A stretch of 64,000 nt of DNA from an uncultured Phycisphaerales bacterium (GCA_963718665.1 OY970359.1:736001-800000); one strand, 5' to 3'. Numbered from the stretch's first letter, positions 31,535 through 42,111 are shown. Notes: generated from the sequence alone by a model not told the origin. Numbers and translations are program-made.

Positions 31535-32821
31535 ATGCTTGGTTTACTAAAAGGCCGACTGGTTCCTGTGAGAGTCATTCTCCTGATAGCGATGTTGTCG
31601 CTTGTCCTCATCGGCATTGCGACCATTTACGCAGTCGGGCATCCGGCACAGCCCGAAGTCGAAATAACAGATTCACCAGACCAGCCCGCACCTCAATCAA
31701 CGGAGCAATCAGGGGACCTCGCCGGCTTGTGGAAAAAACAGGTTGCTTTCGCGGGTCTGGGCATCGGGGCGTTAATCCTTGTCAATCTTGTTAATTGCCG
31801 GCGGCTCGGCGAGGCCGGCTACTGGATTTACGCGGGAGTACTGCTGCTGCTGGCAGTGCTGCTGATTTCAAGATACATTGTGGAACTGCCCTTTGCGCCG
31901 GAAACCAAAGGCGCGTTCCGGTGGATAAGAATATCAATAGCGGGATTCGAACTGCCGAGCATCCAGCCCTCAGAATTGTGCAAACCAGCGTATATCATCG
32001 CCCTGGCGTGGTATCTGCGGTATCGAAGCAATTACCGAAGATTCAGCGCGCTGGTCGGGCCTTTCGTGCTGACATTGTTGCCGATGGCGCTGATTCTGCT
32101 TGAGCCGGACCTGGGGACAGTGCTTTTGATGATGCCGGTATTTCTCACTATGCTGTTTATCGCGGGGGCAAAAGTTAAGCATCTTGCGCTGATATTATTT
32201 ATCGCTTTACTAATCAGCCCGCTTATGTGGTTCAAAATGCAGTCATATCAACGGCTGCGAATAAGCAGTGTTCTGCTGCAAAGCGAATGGCTTCGCCAAA
32301 AAGCCGAGCAGCACCCGGCGCTTGGCAGGTTATTAGTCGGGGGGCCATTCTCATCCAAAAAATGGAAGGAAAACTGGGGCTATCATCTTATAAGGTCGAA
32401 ATACGCAATCGCCTCGGGCGGTGCAACCGGCTACGGCTTCGGCAAGGGGCCTTTCGTCAAATACGACTTTCTGCCCGAAAGACACAATGACTTTATCTTT
32501 TCCATTATCGCACATCAGTGGGGTTTTGTCGGGTGCGTCGGGGTTCTTGCGCTATACATAATATTACTGGTGTGCGGACTGGAGATAGCGGGCGAGACGA
32601 CCGACCCGTTTGCCCGGCTGCTGGCCGCGGGAATAACATCAATGTTCGCGATTCAGCTTATCGTCAATGTGGCGATGACGCTGGGGCTTACGCCCATTAC
32701 AGGAATTACGCTGCCGTTTATCAGTTACGGCGGGTCGAGTTTGGCATTCAGCATGCTTTGTGTGGGGCTTCTCAATAACGTGGGCCGATGGCGGCCTTTT
32801 ACCGTCGCGCCAAGACGATGA
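31535..32821 (+). CDS. rodA: SEDS-family peptidoglycan polymerase (RodA/FtsW)
   Basis: GAFRWI, IQPSELCK, EPDLGT, YQRLRI, FLPERHNDFIF, TGITLPFISYGGSSL. Confidence 0.88.
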   Translation: MLGLLKGRLVPVRVILLIAMLSLVLIGIATIYAVGHPAQPEVEITDSPDQPAPQSTEQSGDLAGLWKKQVAFAGLGIGALILVNLVNCRRLGEAGYWIYAGVLLLLAVLLISRYIVELPFAPETKGAFRWIRISIAGFELPSIQPSELCKPAYIIALAWYLRYRSNYRRFSALVGPFVLTLLPMALILLEPDLGTVLLMMPVFLTMLFIAGAKVKHLALILFIALLISPLMWFKMQSYQRLRISSVLLQSEWLRQKAEQHPALGRLLVGGPFSSKKWKENWGYHLIRSKYAIASGGATGYGFGKGPFVKYDFLPERHNDFIFSIIAHQWGFVGCVGVLALYIILLVCGLEIAGETTDPFARLLAAGITSMFAIQLIVNVAMTLGLTPITGITLPFISYGGSSLAFSMLCVGLLNNVGRWRPFTVAPRR

Positions 32822-32863
32822 TAAATTTTACCGCGGAGCACGCGGCGACCGCAGAGTTGTTTT

Positions 32864-34525
32864 TTATTCTGTTTCCTCTGCGTCCTTTGCGGTCTCTGCG
32901 GTGAATAGTCTGCCGCGAAGCTCAGCGATTTCCGGGGAGCCAAGCAGCCAGGCCGTGCCTACAAAAACGAAAGCACCTGCCGGCACGCAGGTAACAACAA
33001 CAATCCAGTTTCGCGTATCTTTCATAAGCCCCAGCAGAAGATAAATGACCGCGGACATAACAGCCGAAGCGATAATGCCGCGAGTTACGCTCGCGAGAAT
33101 CTTTCTGCCGCCGAATAACACGAGGCGTTTACGCAGCAGGTAAACAAGAACAACGGCGTTAATCGCGAAGGTAATCGTAGTCGATAGACCGAATGCGCCT
33201 GCACCAAGCCACGGTATCCAGACCATTGTTACCACCATAAGCAGATTAATCACTACAAGGGTACATGAAACCTTCAATGGTGTTGCGGTATCTTTCATTG
33301 AATAAAATGCGCGGGCGAGAATCTGGTAACTGCAATAAGCCCACATACCGAGAACATACATCTGGAGGACAAAAGCCGCCTGTGCCGCGTCTTCCGGACT
33401 GAAATTGCGGCGGGCATATATGACCTTCACAATCGGCCCAGCTAAAATATACAGGCCCGCTCCCGTGGCAATGCCTTCCATCAACGCAAGCCGCAAGGCC
33501 CGGTTGATACTGTCACGCAGATTTACAATGTCATTGCGGGCGGCGTAACGGGTAAGCAGCGGAAAGACCGCCACCCCAAGCGAAATCGCCAATACCCCCA
33601 TCGGGAACTGGTATAGCGCACGAGCGGCGTTCACTCGCGTTATAACCCCCGGCGTAAGCGGCTTGTGGAGCACCCAGCCGAATATGTTTATATCCGGAGC
33701 CGTAGCCGTAGCGGTAAGGTTCCAGGAGATTATTGTCGCCAGAAGTTCCGAAATTTGCAAAAACCCCAGTCCCAAAAGCACCGGCATAAGCAGCTTGATT
33801 ATCGGGACGATACCCGGCTCAACCGGCGTCAGGCGCACGCGAATCGAAAAGCCGCTTTTGCGCAACAGCCATAAAACCGCGATAAGCTGGATAAGTCCCG
33901 CTATTATCACGCTGAAGGCGACAATCACAAGCTGGCCCGGCAGATTGCCTTTTAGTGTCGGGGCAATCCACCACGCGGCTATGATTCCTACTATATTGAA
34001 TATGATTGGCGCGGTGGCGGGAAAGGCAAAGTGCCCGCGACAGTTCAGAGCAGCCGAGCCAAGAGCGAGCAGGCACACCGTAACCATATACGGGAACATA
34101 ATCGTCGCCATCATCATCAGAAATTGCCTGTCGGCAGACCCCGGCAATAATGCGACGACCACAAAGACAATCTCCACCAAAAGCATAACGGCCAGCAGGA
34201 ACACCGCCAGAAGCGCCATCGCATTGGCCAACAGTTTAGAGGCCTTTTCGAACCCGTCTTTTTCGACGGTATCGGTGAAAACAGGCACAAATGCCGACGA
34301 CAACGCCCCCTCTCCAAACAGCCGGCGGAAAAGATTAGGTATTTGAAACGCCAGGCCGTATGCGTCCGTCAGGCGGTTGGCACCCAGCGATGTTACGCCC
34401 ATATCGCGGAAAAGACCAAAAACACGGGAAACAAGCGTTATGCCCGCCACTACCTTTGCTGAACTGAAAAAATGCTCACGTTCACGGTGAGCTTCCTTAT
34501 GCTCCTGGCGAGTTTTTTCGCTCAT
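32864..34525 (-). CDS. murJ: Lipid II flippase
   Basis: SRVFGLFRD, IPNLFRRLFGEGALSSAFVPVF, QFPMGV, RAFYSMKDTATP. Confidence 0.95.
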   Translation of the reverse strand: MSEKTRQEHKEAHREREHFFSSAKVVAGITLVSRVFGLFRDMGVTSLGANRLTDAYGLAFQIPNLFRRLFGEGALSSAFVPVFTDTVEKDGFEKASKLLANAMALLAVFLLAVMLLVEIVFVVVALLPGSADRQFLMMMATIMFPYMVTVCLLALGSAALNCRGHFAFPATAPIIFNIVGIIAAWWIAPTLKGNLPGQLVIVAFSVIIAGLIQLIAVLWLLRKSGFSIRVRLTPVEPGIVPIIKLLMPVLLGLGFLQISELLATIISWNLTATATAPDINIFGWVLHKPLTPGVITRVNAARALYQFPMGVLAISLGVAVFPLLTRYAARNDIVNLRDSINRALRLALMEGIATGAGLYILAGPIVKVIYARRNFSPEDAAQAAFVLQMYVLGMWAYCSYQILARAFYSMKDTATPLKVSCTLVVINLLMVVTMVWIPWLGAGAFGLSTTITFAINAVVLVYLLRKRLVLFGGRKILASVTRGIIASAVMSAVIYLLLGLMKDTRNWIVVVTCVPAGAFVFVGTAWLLGSPEIAELRGRLFTAETAKDAEETE

Positions 34526-34779
34526 AGGGACGAATTATACTCCAATCGCAAATTACTTCAAAAATACCTTTAACTCACTCAACACATCGGCAAACTGCCG
34601 CACCGAAGCCCCATAAATAATTGAATAATACTTTAAGAACCGCACTACCCTTTCATTTAAACCGTATATGTGTCAAAATACTGAAATTTAGGGCAAAAAC
34701 ATAACACCTAAAGCAATAAGCCGAATTACCCGAAGTATTGGGTAACGAGTGATATCTATAGTTTATGTGCGGACGGTAG

Positions 34780-37278
34780 ATGCGAACATCTGGCATTAGA
34801 AGAATTGCGGCAATTTTGACGGTAGTTCTGGCGTTGTCCGGCTCGGTATCAGCCACAGAGGCGGACAATCCCGAACCCAATGCGCCTCCCCCAAGAATGC
34901 GCCCAATAGGGGGCAAAATGCTGTATATGCCGATGCCCGAAAAACTCTTTTCGCCTTCGGTAAGCCAGTTGTTTTACGAAATGGCCTATGAGATATCGCA
35001 CAGAGATAACATAACCGATTCCCAGGCGGAGCAGGCCGTTGCGCTGCTTAATGCCGCGATGGAGATGGACTCCAGCGCCGGTTTCGCCACAGCCGATATG
35101 CTTGAAATACTGTCTCGGCCCAGGTCACAACATCATTTACAAATGCTGTATGACACCCTCATCAAATACACCGATAAAAACGCCGATTCATTAGTCGCTA
35201 CAAACGCCGCCAAATACCTGCTTAACCAACTCGATTCCCGCGAGCAGCGGGAAACACTGCTTAGGCGAATGATTCAGGACATAGGCGAGTCCAACCTTTT
35301 CGTCAGGTCCGAGCTCGCCACGGCGCTGGGTCTTTTGTTTGCCGAGAAGGCCGATAACACAAACGCCATCAAGGCAATGGCTACGGCCTATAGCTGGAAC
35401 AAATACAATCAGCTTGCTTTTGAGAAGCTCGTTGAACTGATGCCCGACCAGATAAGCCCCGTATTGAATCTCGAATACCTTCGGTTTAAACTTCGGAAAA
35501 ACCCGCTCAACCTCGGAGCCGCCATCGCTCTTGCGCAATATTCCCAAAAAACACAGCTTTATGACACGGCAGCCGGCGACTATCAGTATTGTGCCGATTT
35601 GTTCCAGTTCCTGTATCCCGGTCAGAATGTCCCCACCGCCATTTATATTGACTGGATGACATGCTGCTATAATGCCCCGCGAGGCAAGCCAAAATGCCTG
35701 CAGTTAGCCGAGCAATTCCGTAAACAGGGGCGGTTCAATCTTCAAATAGAAGTCCTCGCCGCCAGGGCCGCCGCAAAGACAGGCGACACTAAAACAGCCG
35801 GCCAAATCATCGAAACAGCCGAACAGAAAGCAATACAGGCCATCGGGGAATCAGTTGACTATAAATCGCTTGCATGGTTCTACTGCTTCATTCAAAAAAA
35901 ACCAGAGAAAGCCGTTGACTATGCCAACAAAGCGTACGCCGCCGAGCCGAATTCGCCTGTCACCGCCGGCCTGCTTGCCTGCGCCATGGTGGATAGTAAT
36001 CAGCTCGACTCCGCTAAACCGCTCTTTGAAAACTTTCCGCAGACGCAGTTCGCTGACTTCGCAAAAGCCAGGTTCAATCTCGCAAAAGGGCAGAAACAGT
36101 CAGCGCTCGATTCGATGCGGGCGGCAATCGACAAAGACCCCGGCTCAATCGTGGCTGAACAGGCCCTTATGCTGCTCGACGAGCAAAAATCGGAATATAT
36201 CCCAATATACGACACAAACTTAATTACAGTGGCATTTAAACAATCTGTCGGCGAGCAGATTATACCTCAATTCATGAGCCCCGACAGGATGCTGTCGTTC
36301 CAGCTTAATATACGCGGCAACAGGTTCGCCTACGGCAGCGACTTCACGGGTGCGATAACCATCACAAACAACTGGTATGAGCCGGTTGTTATCTCCGAAG
36401 ACGGGCTTTGCAAAGGCCACATATTAATAGACGCCAATGTTACCGGCGACATCAGCAGGCGATACGACAAAATCGTGCTGACCACAACAAGACCATCGCA
36501 GCCCATCGAACCGGGGCGCAGCGTTACTGTCCCCGTCCGACTTTATGCCGGCCCGCTAAAACAACTGCTTCTAAGCCACCCCCAGGCCTCGCTGAACATC
36601 CGATTCACCGCCTACTTAGACCCGGTTACAACTCCCGACGGTAATATGATAAGCGCAATACCCGGCATAATGCCCGTGATAGTCGATATCGAACGCCCCA
36701 GGACAGAAATCACCCAGGGCTACCTGCAAAACCGCTTCAATTCACTTTCGCAGGACAAGCAAGGCCCAAAAATCAAAGCTGCACAGCTCTTTGCGGGGTT
36801 ACTGATGGAAAGCCGGGAAATGGCTAATTCTCCCCTCGACTCCACTCGGAACGGGCAGGCATCTTACAAATTCGTATCCAACGAGGGGATGAACACAATG
36901 CTTGAATCAGCGCTGGCCCAGGGCTTGACCGACAGCGACTGGGTGGTCCGAACTCACAGTATGGCTGCGATTGCCGAACTGCCGCTGGACTACAAACTGA
37001 CCAACGCGGTCGCTGCGGGGCTAAACGACCAGCACTGGCCCGCGCGTATGACGGCCGTCTGGTTATTAGCACAAAAACAACAGGACTACAACTTCACAAA
37101 GGTCCTCGACCATATCGCCCAGTATGACGACAGGGATTTCGTTCGCAATATGGCCATCGCCTTTGGCGCCAAAGCAGCCCCGCCAAAACAAACCATCGAA
37201 GAGCCATTCCCTGACCTGTTAAAAAAGGACCCCAATGCCGACAGCAACAATATTTTTGCGTTACCTCCCAACCAATAA
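34780..37278 (+). CDS. Large secreted TPR/HEAT-like hypothetical protein
   Basis: 832-aa ORF with signal peptide, helical repeats, C-terminal HEAT-like DWVVR/HWPAR motifs. Confidence 0.7.
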   Translation: MRTSGIRRIAAILTVVLALSGSVSATEADNPEPNAPPPRMRPIGGKMLYMPMPEKLFSPSVSQLFYEMAYEISHRDNITDSQAEQAVALLNAAMEMDSSAGFATADMLEILSRPRSQHHLQMLYDTLIKYTDKNADSLVATNAAKYLLNQLDSREQRETLLRRMIQDIGESNLFVRSELATALGLLFAEKADNTNAIKAMATAYSWNKYNQLAFEKLVELMPDQISPVLNLEYLRFKLRKNPLNLGAAIALAQYSQKTQLYDTAAGDYQYCADLFQFLYPGQNVPTAIYIDWMTCCYNAPRGKPKCLQLAEQFRKQGRFNLQIEVLAARAAAKTGDTKTAGQIIETAEQKAIQAIGESVDYKSLAWFYCFIQKKPEKAVDYANKAYAAEPNSPVTAGLLACAMVDSNQLDSAKPLFENFPQTQFADFAKARFNLAKGQKQSALDSMRAAIDKDPGSIVAEQALMLLDEQKSEYIPIYDTNLITVAFKQSVGEQIIPQFMSPDRMLSFQLNIRGNRFAYGSDFTGAITITNNWYEPVVISEDGLCKGHILIDANVTGDISRRYDKIVLTTTRPSQPIEPGRSVTVPVRLYAGPLKQLLLSHPQASLNIRFTAYLDPVTTPDGNMISAIPGIMPVIVDIERPRTEITQGYLQNRFNSLSQDKQGPKIKAAQLFAGLLMESREMANSPLDSTRNGQASYKFVSNEGMNTMLESALAQGLTDSDWVVRTHSMAAIAELPLDYKLTNAVAAGLNDQHWPARMTAVWLLAQKQQDYNFTKVLDHIAQYDDRDFVRNMAIAFGAKAAPPKQTIEEPFPDLLKKDPNADSNNIFALPPNQ

Positions 37279-37437
37279 TGGCTGATTGCTCTATCCCCCC
37301 TCTGCTAAAATCCTCTAAAATTTCAAAAAATTTGCTTTGTATTGTGAGACCAATTTTGTAACATTTCGACCATCGTATTCGTATATACTTTTTTGATGAC
37401 CGTACTTTGGGGTGGTTTTTTTGGAAAGGGTATTGAA

Positions 37438-37611
37438 ATGCCGGCACAAGTTGACAAAGAAAAATGCACTGGTTGCGAATCCTGCGTCGAGGAATGCCCC
37501 AGTGAGGCAATCTCGATGGAAGACGGAAAAGCAAAGGTAAACCCGGAGGCCTGCATCGATTGCGGCGTATGCGTCGATGCCTGCCCGGAACAGGCAATCA
37601 GTATGCAGTAA
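37438..37611 (+). CDS. 2[4Fe-4S] ferredoxin
   Basis: Two CxxCxxCxxxCP motifs in 57 aa. Confidence 0.95.
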   Translation: MPAQVDKEKCTGCESCVEECPSEAISMEDGKAKVNPEACIDCGVCVDACPEQAISMQ

Positions 37612-37621
37612 GCATGCGGTT

Positions 37622-37696
37622 GGCCCCATCGTCTAGGCCGGTCCAGGACACCGGGTTTTCAACCCGGCGACAGGGGTTCGAATCCCCTTGGGGCTA
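37622..37696 (+). tRNA. tRNA-Glu (TTC)
   Basis: GGCCCCA/TGGGGCT acceptor stem, CCGGG-TT-TTC-AA-CCCGG anticodon arm, GGTTCGAATCC T arm; CCA not encoded. Confidence 0.95.
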
Positions 37697-37777
37697 TTCG
37701 ATTTACGATTTATGATTGCTGATTTCCGATTTGAAAGCGGAAACCTTATAAATCTACAATCGCAAATCCTTTACGTC

Positions 37778-38848
37778 TTACCTGCTCTGTCTTTCAGGTA
37801 AGGCGTTTACCGCGTTGCAGGTTTTTATCGCGACCAATATATATGTGATGAAATGCCCGATGCCTGCCGCGGCTGCGATAGATACGAGCACCCATGAGGC
37901 AAGAGTATAGCCCTCAAAAGCCCTGTTTATAAGTCCAGTGAATGGAAATACGCATATCATAGGAATCATCACAAATATTGCGGCTGACATAAATAAAACT
38001 GCGTATATCAGAAACAGCGTCATCGGCAACCTTACGGCCCTTATCGAACGCCGAATTATAAATGAGTTGTAGTCCTCCGTGAATCCCGTGAGCATTAACA
38101 ATGCCCAGTAAATATTGAAGACCGGGATGAATAAAAACCCGACTGCCCGGCCCGGCGAGATGGACGGCTGGCTGTCCTTAATGGCCGCCCACATCTTGTA
38201 AAACAGCATAAGCTCGATTGCCACACTGCATACGAGGAAAACATCCGCAGCCGCAAAAGCCGTAATCACAGTTGACTTGGCCCCTTTTTGTACCGCCAGA
38301 ACAAGGCCTAACGCGCCTAAAATTCCCGCGATAATCCGCACAGCCATCCAGCAATATACAAACACCGTTTTTGATAACGCTGTCCCGCCACCTTGTGGCG
38401 AGGTCTCACCCGCCTCGGCTCTCGCCGTAGGCGAGGTCGGGCCAGAGGCGGATTTCGATACCGCTTTGGGTCCGGGCTGCTCTTGCTTTGTTGGCCCCGC
38501 ACTTATTGGGGGAGGCACTATGGGAACAGGGCTTTTTACCTGAGGCGTTATTGGTTCAGGACCCACCAAAGGGCGAGGTCTCGTCAAAGGCGGACTTTTC
38601 ACAGGCGGGGCTGCGGGCGCCGGCGGTTCTGCCGGGGGCACGACTTTCGCCGGAGGCGTGACTGGTTCGGGATTCTTTACGGGCTGCTCTACGGCTGCCG
38701 GCTCGCCGAGCTTCGCGGGCGAAGCGGGTGTTTCTATGAATGGCTCAATGGTAAATTGCTGGACGCATTTGGGGCATTTCGCCTGTTTGCCGACGTTCGT
38801 TTCATTCACATTAAACTTTGATTTGCAATTCGGACACTGTGTTTTCAT
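37778..38848 (-). CDS. MJ0042-type zinc-ribbon protein with Pro-rich linker and membrane domain (DUF4328-like)
   Basis: CPNC...CPKC N-terminus, SPGRAVGFLFIPVFNIYW, several TM helices. Confidence 0.75.
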   Translation of the reverse strand: MKTQCPNCKSKFNVNETNVGKQAKCPKCVQQFTIEPFIETPASPAKLGEPAAVEQPVKNPEPVTPPAKVVPPAEPPAPAAPPVKSPPLTRPRPLVGPEPITPQVKSPVPIVPPPISAGPTKQEQPGPKAVSKSASGPTSPTARAEAGETSPQGGGTALSKTVFVYCWMAVRIIAGILGALGLVLAVQKGAKSTVITAFAAADVFLVCSVAIELMLFYKMWAAIKDSQPSISPGRAVGFLFIPVFNIYWALLMLTGFTEDYNSFIIRRSIRAVRLPMTLFLIYAVLFMSAAIFVMIPMICVFPFTGLINRAFEGYTLASWVLVSIAAAAGIGHFITYILVAIKTCNAVNALPERQSR

Positions 38849-39068
38849 AGAATAAGCCCTTTATTTCCTCTCTTCCCGAGCCAGACACTCCTTCCCGGGT
38901 TCGATTTAATGACCGGGAACTATTCTACCATATTTTAAGCTGACCCGAAGTGGTTTTACCTGATTTTTCTTTGGTAATCACCGGCAAAAGGGTATAATCA
39001 AAAGTGTCTTTTAGCCCCGGTGAGCTGATGACAGCCGCTGAGAGGCAAAGGCAAAGAAGGAGAAGAGT

Positions 39069-41960
39069 ATGAAAAGTAAAACACGTCTAAAGGCCACCCT
39101 AATTGCAATTATGGCAATGGTGTTATTTCTAAGCCAAACGGCGGGTGCTGATTATAATTACGGCGAGGCGCTTCAGAAAGCGATTTACTTCTATATGCAG
39201 CAGCGCTGCGGCCCCCTGCCGGCTGATAACCCTGTGATATGGCGGGCTGACTCGTGCCTGAACGACGGGGCTGACGTCGGGCAGGATTTGGCCGGCGGCT
39301 ATCTGGATGCCGGCGACAACGTGAAGTTCGGCCTGCCCATGGCTTCAACGGTGGCGACGCTGAGCTGGGGTGTTTACGAATATCGAAGCGCCTTTGTCAA
39401 CGCAGGCCTGCTGGATAAGGTTCTCGACGACATCAGATGGGGCACCGATTACTTCATCAAATGCCACACCGCTACAAATGAATTTTATTATCAGGTTGGC
39501 GCCGGAAGCGCCGACCACGCATGGTGGGGACCAGTTGAGGTAATTGAAGAGGTAATGACCCGGCCATCGTACAAAGTTACAGCCGCATCGCCCGGTTCGT
39601 GCGTTGTCGGCGGAACAGCCGCGGCCCTTGCGTCTGCCTCCATAGTTTTAATGCCGACCGACCCAAACTATGCTTCCTTATGTCTGACTCACGCCCAGCA
39701 ATTATTCGACTTCGCCTACACCACCCAAAGCGATTCCGGCTACACGGCCGCCAACGGATTTTATACTTCCTACAGCGGATACTGGGATGAACTGTCAGCC
39801 GCCGCCGCATGGCTTTACCTTGCCACCAACGATGCAAACTACCTGGCTAAGGCTGAGCTTTGCGCGAACAACTGGGGCATGGAAGGACAAACCGGCTACT
39901 GGGGCTACAAGTGGACCCATTCCTGGGACGATATGCATTATATGGCACAAATCCTGCTGGCACGGGCCACAGGAAAGCAAATCTACATCGACTCAATCGA
40001 ACGCAACCTCGACTTCTGGCAGCCCGGCGGAGGTATCACTTACACCCCCGGCGGGCTGGCTTGGCTGGACTCGTGGGCTTCGCTACGTTACGCCGCCAAT
40101 GCTTCGCTCTTAGCGTTTATCTGGGCAGACGACAGCCACGGTAATGCGGCAAAGAAAACCGGCTACAGAAACTTCGCGGTAAGACAGATTAAATACATCC
40201 TCGGAGACAACCCTCGCGCCGGCAGTTACATTATCGGCTTCGGCGCCAATTATCCTCAGTACCCGCATCACAGGACGGCACACGGCTCATGGGCCAATAG
40301 TATAGACACACCGAGCCAAACCAGGCACGTGATCCAGGGGGCGATGGTCGGCGGACCCGACAGCAGCGACAACTATCAGGACGTCAGAAGCAACTATACA
40401 GAGAACGAGGTGGCCTGCGACTATGATGCTGCCCTGGTGGGGGCGCTGGCAAAGATGTATTCACTTTACGGCGGGACTCCCATTTCCGGTTTTCCCAGAA
40501 CGAGCGACTTCGCACAAGACCAGGACCCATACACCGAGTACTTTCCCAACGCCAAGATTAACTCGCAAGGAACTACCTATACAGAGTGGAGTGTTGACCT
40601 GACCAACCACTCGGCCTGGCCGGCACGAGTGACCGATAAGCTCTCTTACCGTTACTTCTTCGACCTGACGGAAGCATTTAACGCCGGCTACACTATAAAC
40701 AATGTTACAGTAACGAAAAATTATACCGAAGTGCCGGTTACTGTAACCGGTCCGACACACTTAAGAGATAATATTTACTATGTCACGGTAGATTACACGG
40801 GAAGCGCAATTTATCCCGGCGGGCAGTCAGAATCCGCAAGAGAAACGCAGGTCCGCATAGCCCTGCCAAACAATGCCCCCGCTGCCGCCTGGGACCCGAA
40901 CAACGACTGGTCGTATCAGGGTCTTACCACGACGGCCGCCCAGACCCCGTACATTCCGGTTTATGACAACGGCATTCGCATCTACGGGCAGGAACCCGGA
41001 CCAATCCTGCCGCCTGTTTCTATTGCGGGCTTCATCAAAAACGATTGCGACGTGCCGATATCAGGCGTGCTTGTTACCGCCACCAACAGCGGCGGGCAAT
41101 ACACGACCGACATAAACGGCTTCTACACATTCTCGGTGGACAGTAACTGGTCAGGAACGATAACGCCGAGCAAAAAACATTACACATTTGAGCCCAACCA
41201 GATGATTTATGCTAATGTGGAGGCCAACGCGCAGGACCAGAATTACACTGCCAATAACATTTACGACCTCGACTGCGACGGGGTAATTGGCCTGGGTGAT
41301 TTCGCAGTGATGGCCGACTACTGGCTCGCGACCGGCCCCGGAATACCATGCGATTTTGTCGCCGATGGAACAGTGAACTTCCTCGATTTCGCAAAACTCG
41401 CATCCGCCTCGACAAACAATCCGCCGACCATTTCTATAATTTCACCGGCCGACGGCACTGAGTTTAACGCCCCCGCGACCGTTACGATAAATGCCACGGC
41501 GTCTGACAGCGACGGCTCCGTGAGCAAGGTCGATTTCTATCAGGGTTCAACATTACTGGGGACAGATACTAATACACCTTATTCCTTCACCTGGAATAAC
41601 GTGACCGACGGCAACTATATTCTGACTGCCAAAGCAACCGATGATGAAGGAGCCGTAACCACCTCCTCCGCGGTCAATATAACAGTGAACGTAACAACCG
41701 GATGCACCTGCATCGCCGGCTGCGACACAAGGACCGTCATTACTGCGCCTTTCACCCAAGATGGTGCAGGCGAGTTCTGCTGGGAATCAACCAATCTCGG
41801 CACTTACATAAACAACTGGAATATGGACAAATTAACCGTGAACGGAACTGACTATACAGGTCAATATGTCTTCACTTCTGCCATTCCTAAAATCAACGGC
41901 AAATATTACGTTTACTATAAAGGGTCTTACGCCTGGAGCCACTTCGAGGCCGAGAATTAG
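39069..41960 (+). CDS. Modular GH9 cellulase: GH9-CBM3-linker domain-dockerin-like-Ig-CBM64-like
   Basis: DLAGGYLDAGD, PHHRTAH, ENEVACDYDA; CBM3 N.SAWPAR/LSYRYFFDL/WDPNNDWSY; DLDCDG..GLGDF / DFVADGTVNFLDFA; Ig PTISIISP; C-terminal PFTQDGAGEFCW...WSHFEA. Confidence 0.9.
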   Translation: MKSKTRLKATLIAIMAMVLFLSQTAGADYNYGEALQKAIYFYMQQRCGPLPADNPVIWRADSCLNDGADVGQDLAGGYLDAGDNVKFGLPMASTVATLSWGVYEYRSAFVNAGLLDKVLDDIRWGTDYFIKCHTATNEFYYQVGAGSADHAWWGPVEVIEEVMTRPSYKVTAASPGSCVVGGTAAALASASIVLMPTDPNYASLCLTHAQQLFDFAYTTQSDSGYTAANGFYTSYSGYWDELSAAAAWLYLATNDANYLAKAELCANNWGMEGQTGYWGYKWTHSWDDMHYMAQILLARATGKQIYIDSIERNLDFWQPGGGITYTPGGLAWLDSWASLRYAANASLLAFIWADDSHGNAAKKTGYRNFAVRQIKYILGDNPRAGSYIIGFGANYPQYPHHRTAHGSWANSIDTPSQTRHVIQGAMVGGPDSSDNYQDVRSNYTENEVACDYDAALVGALAKMYSLYGGTPISGFPRTSDFAQDQDPYTEYFPNAKINSQGTTYTEWSVDLTNHSAWPARVTDKLSYRYFFDLTEAFNAGYTINNVTVTKNYTEVPVTVTGPTHLRDNIYYVTVDYTGSAIYPGGQSESARETQVRIALPNNAPAAAWDPNNDWSYQGLTTTAAQTPYIPVYDNGIRIYGQEPGPILPPVSIAGFIKNDCDVPISGVLVTATNSGGQYTTDINGFYTFSVDSNWSGTITPSKKHYTFEPNQMIYANVEANAQDQNYTANNIYDLDCDGVIGLGDFAVMADYWLATGPGIPCDFVADGTVNFLDFAKLASASTNNPPTISIISPADGTEFNAPATVTINATASDSDGSVSKVDFYQGSTLLGTDTNTPYSFTWNNVTDGNYILTAKATDDEGAVTTSSAVNITVNVTTGCTCIAGCDTRTVITAPFTQDGAGEFCWESTNLGTYINNWNMDKLTVNGTDYTGQYVFTSAIPKINGKYYVYYKGSYAWSHFEAEN

Positions 41961-42111
41961 AAATTGACATCTTTGCTATTAAACTGCCATGCTTTTGCGG
42001 CCTTGGTGCGGTGATTTGGTTTGACCCTGCTCACCACGGGTTGAGACGAAAACGTTAAAAGAAACGCCCCGAAATGTTATCTTTACTGCCGCTTTGATGT
42101 CTTCCGGCAAT

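Noticed and set aside
39015..39060. Hammerhead ribozyme or fluoride riboswitch upstream of the GH9 gene (CTGATGA)
   Set aside because: The required GAAA core or 5' GATGG segment and supporting stems are absent
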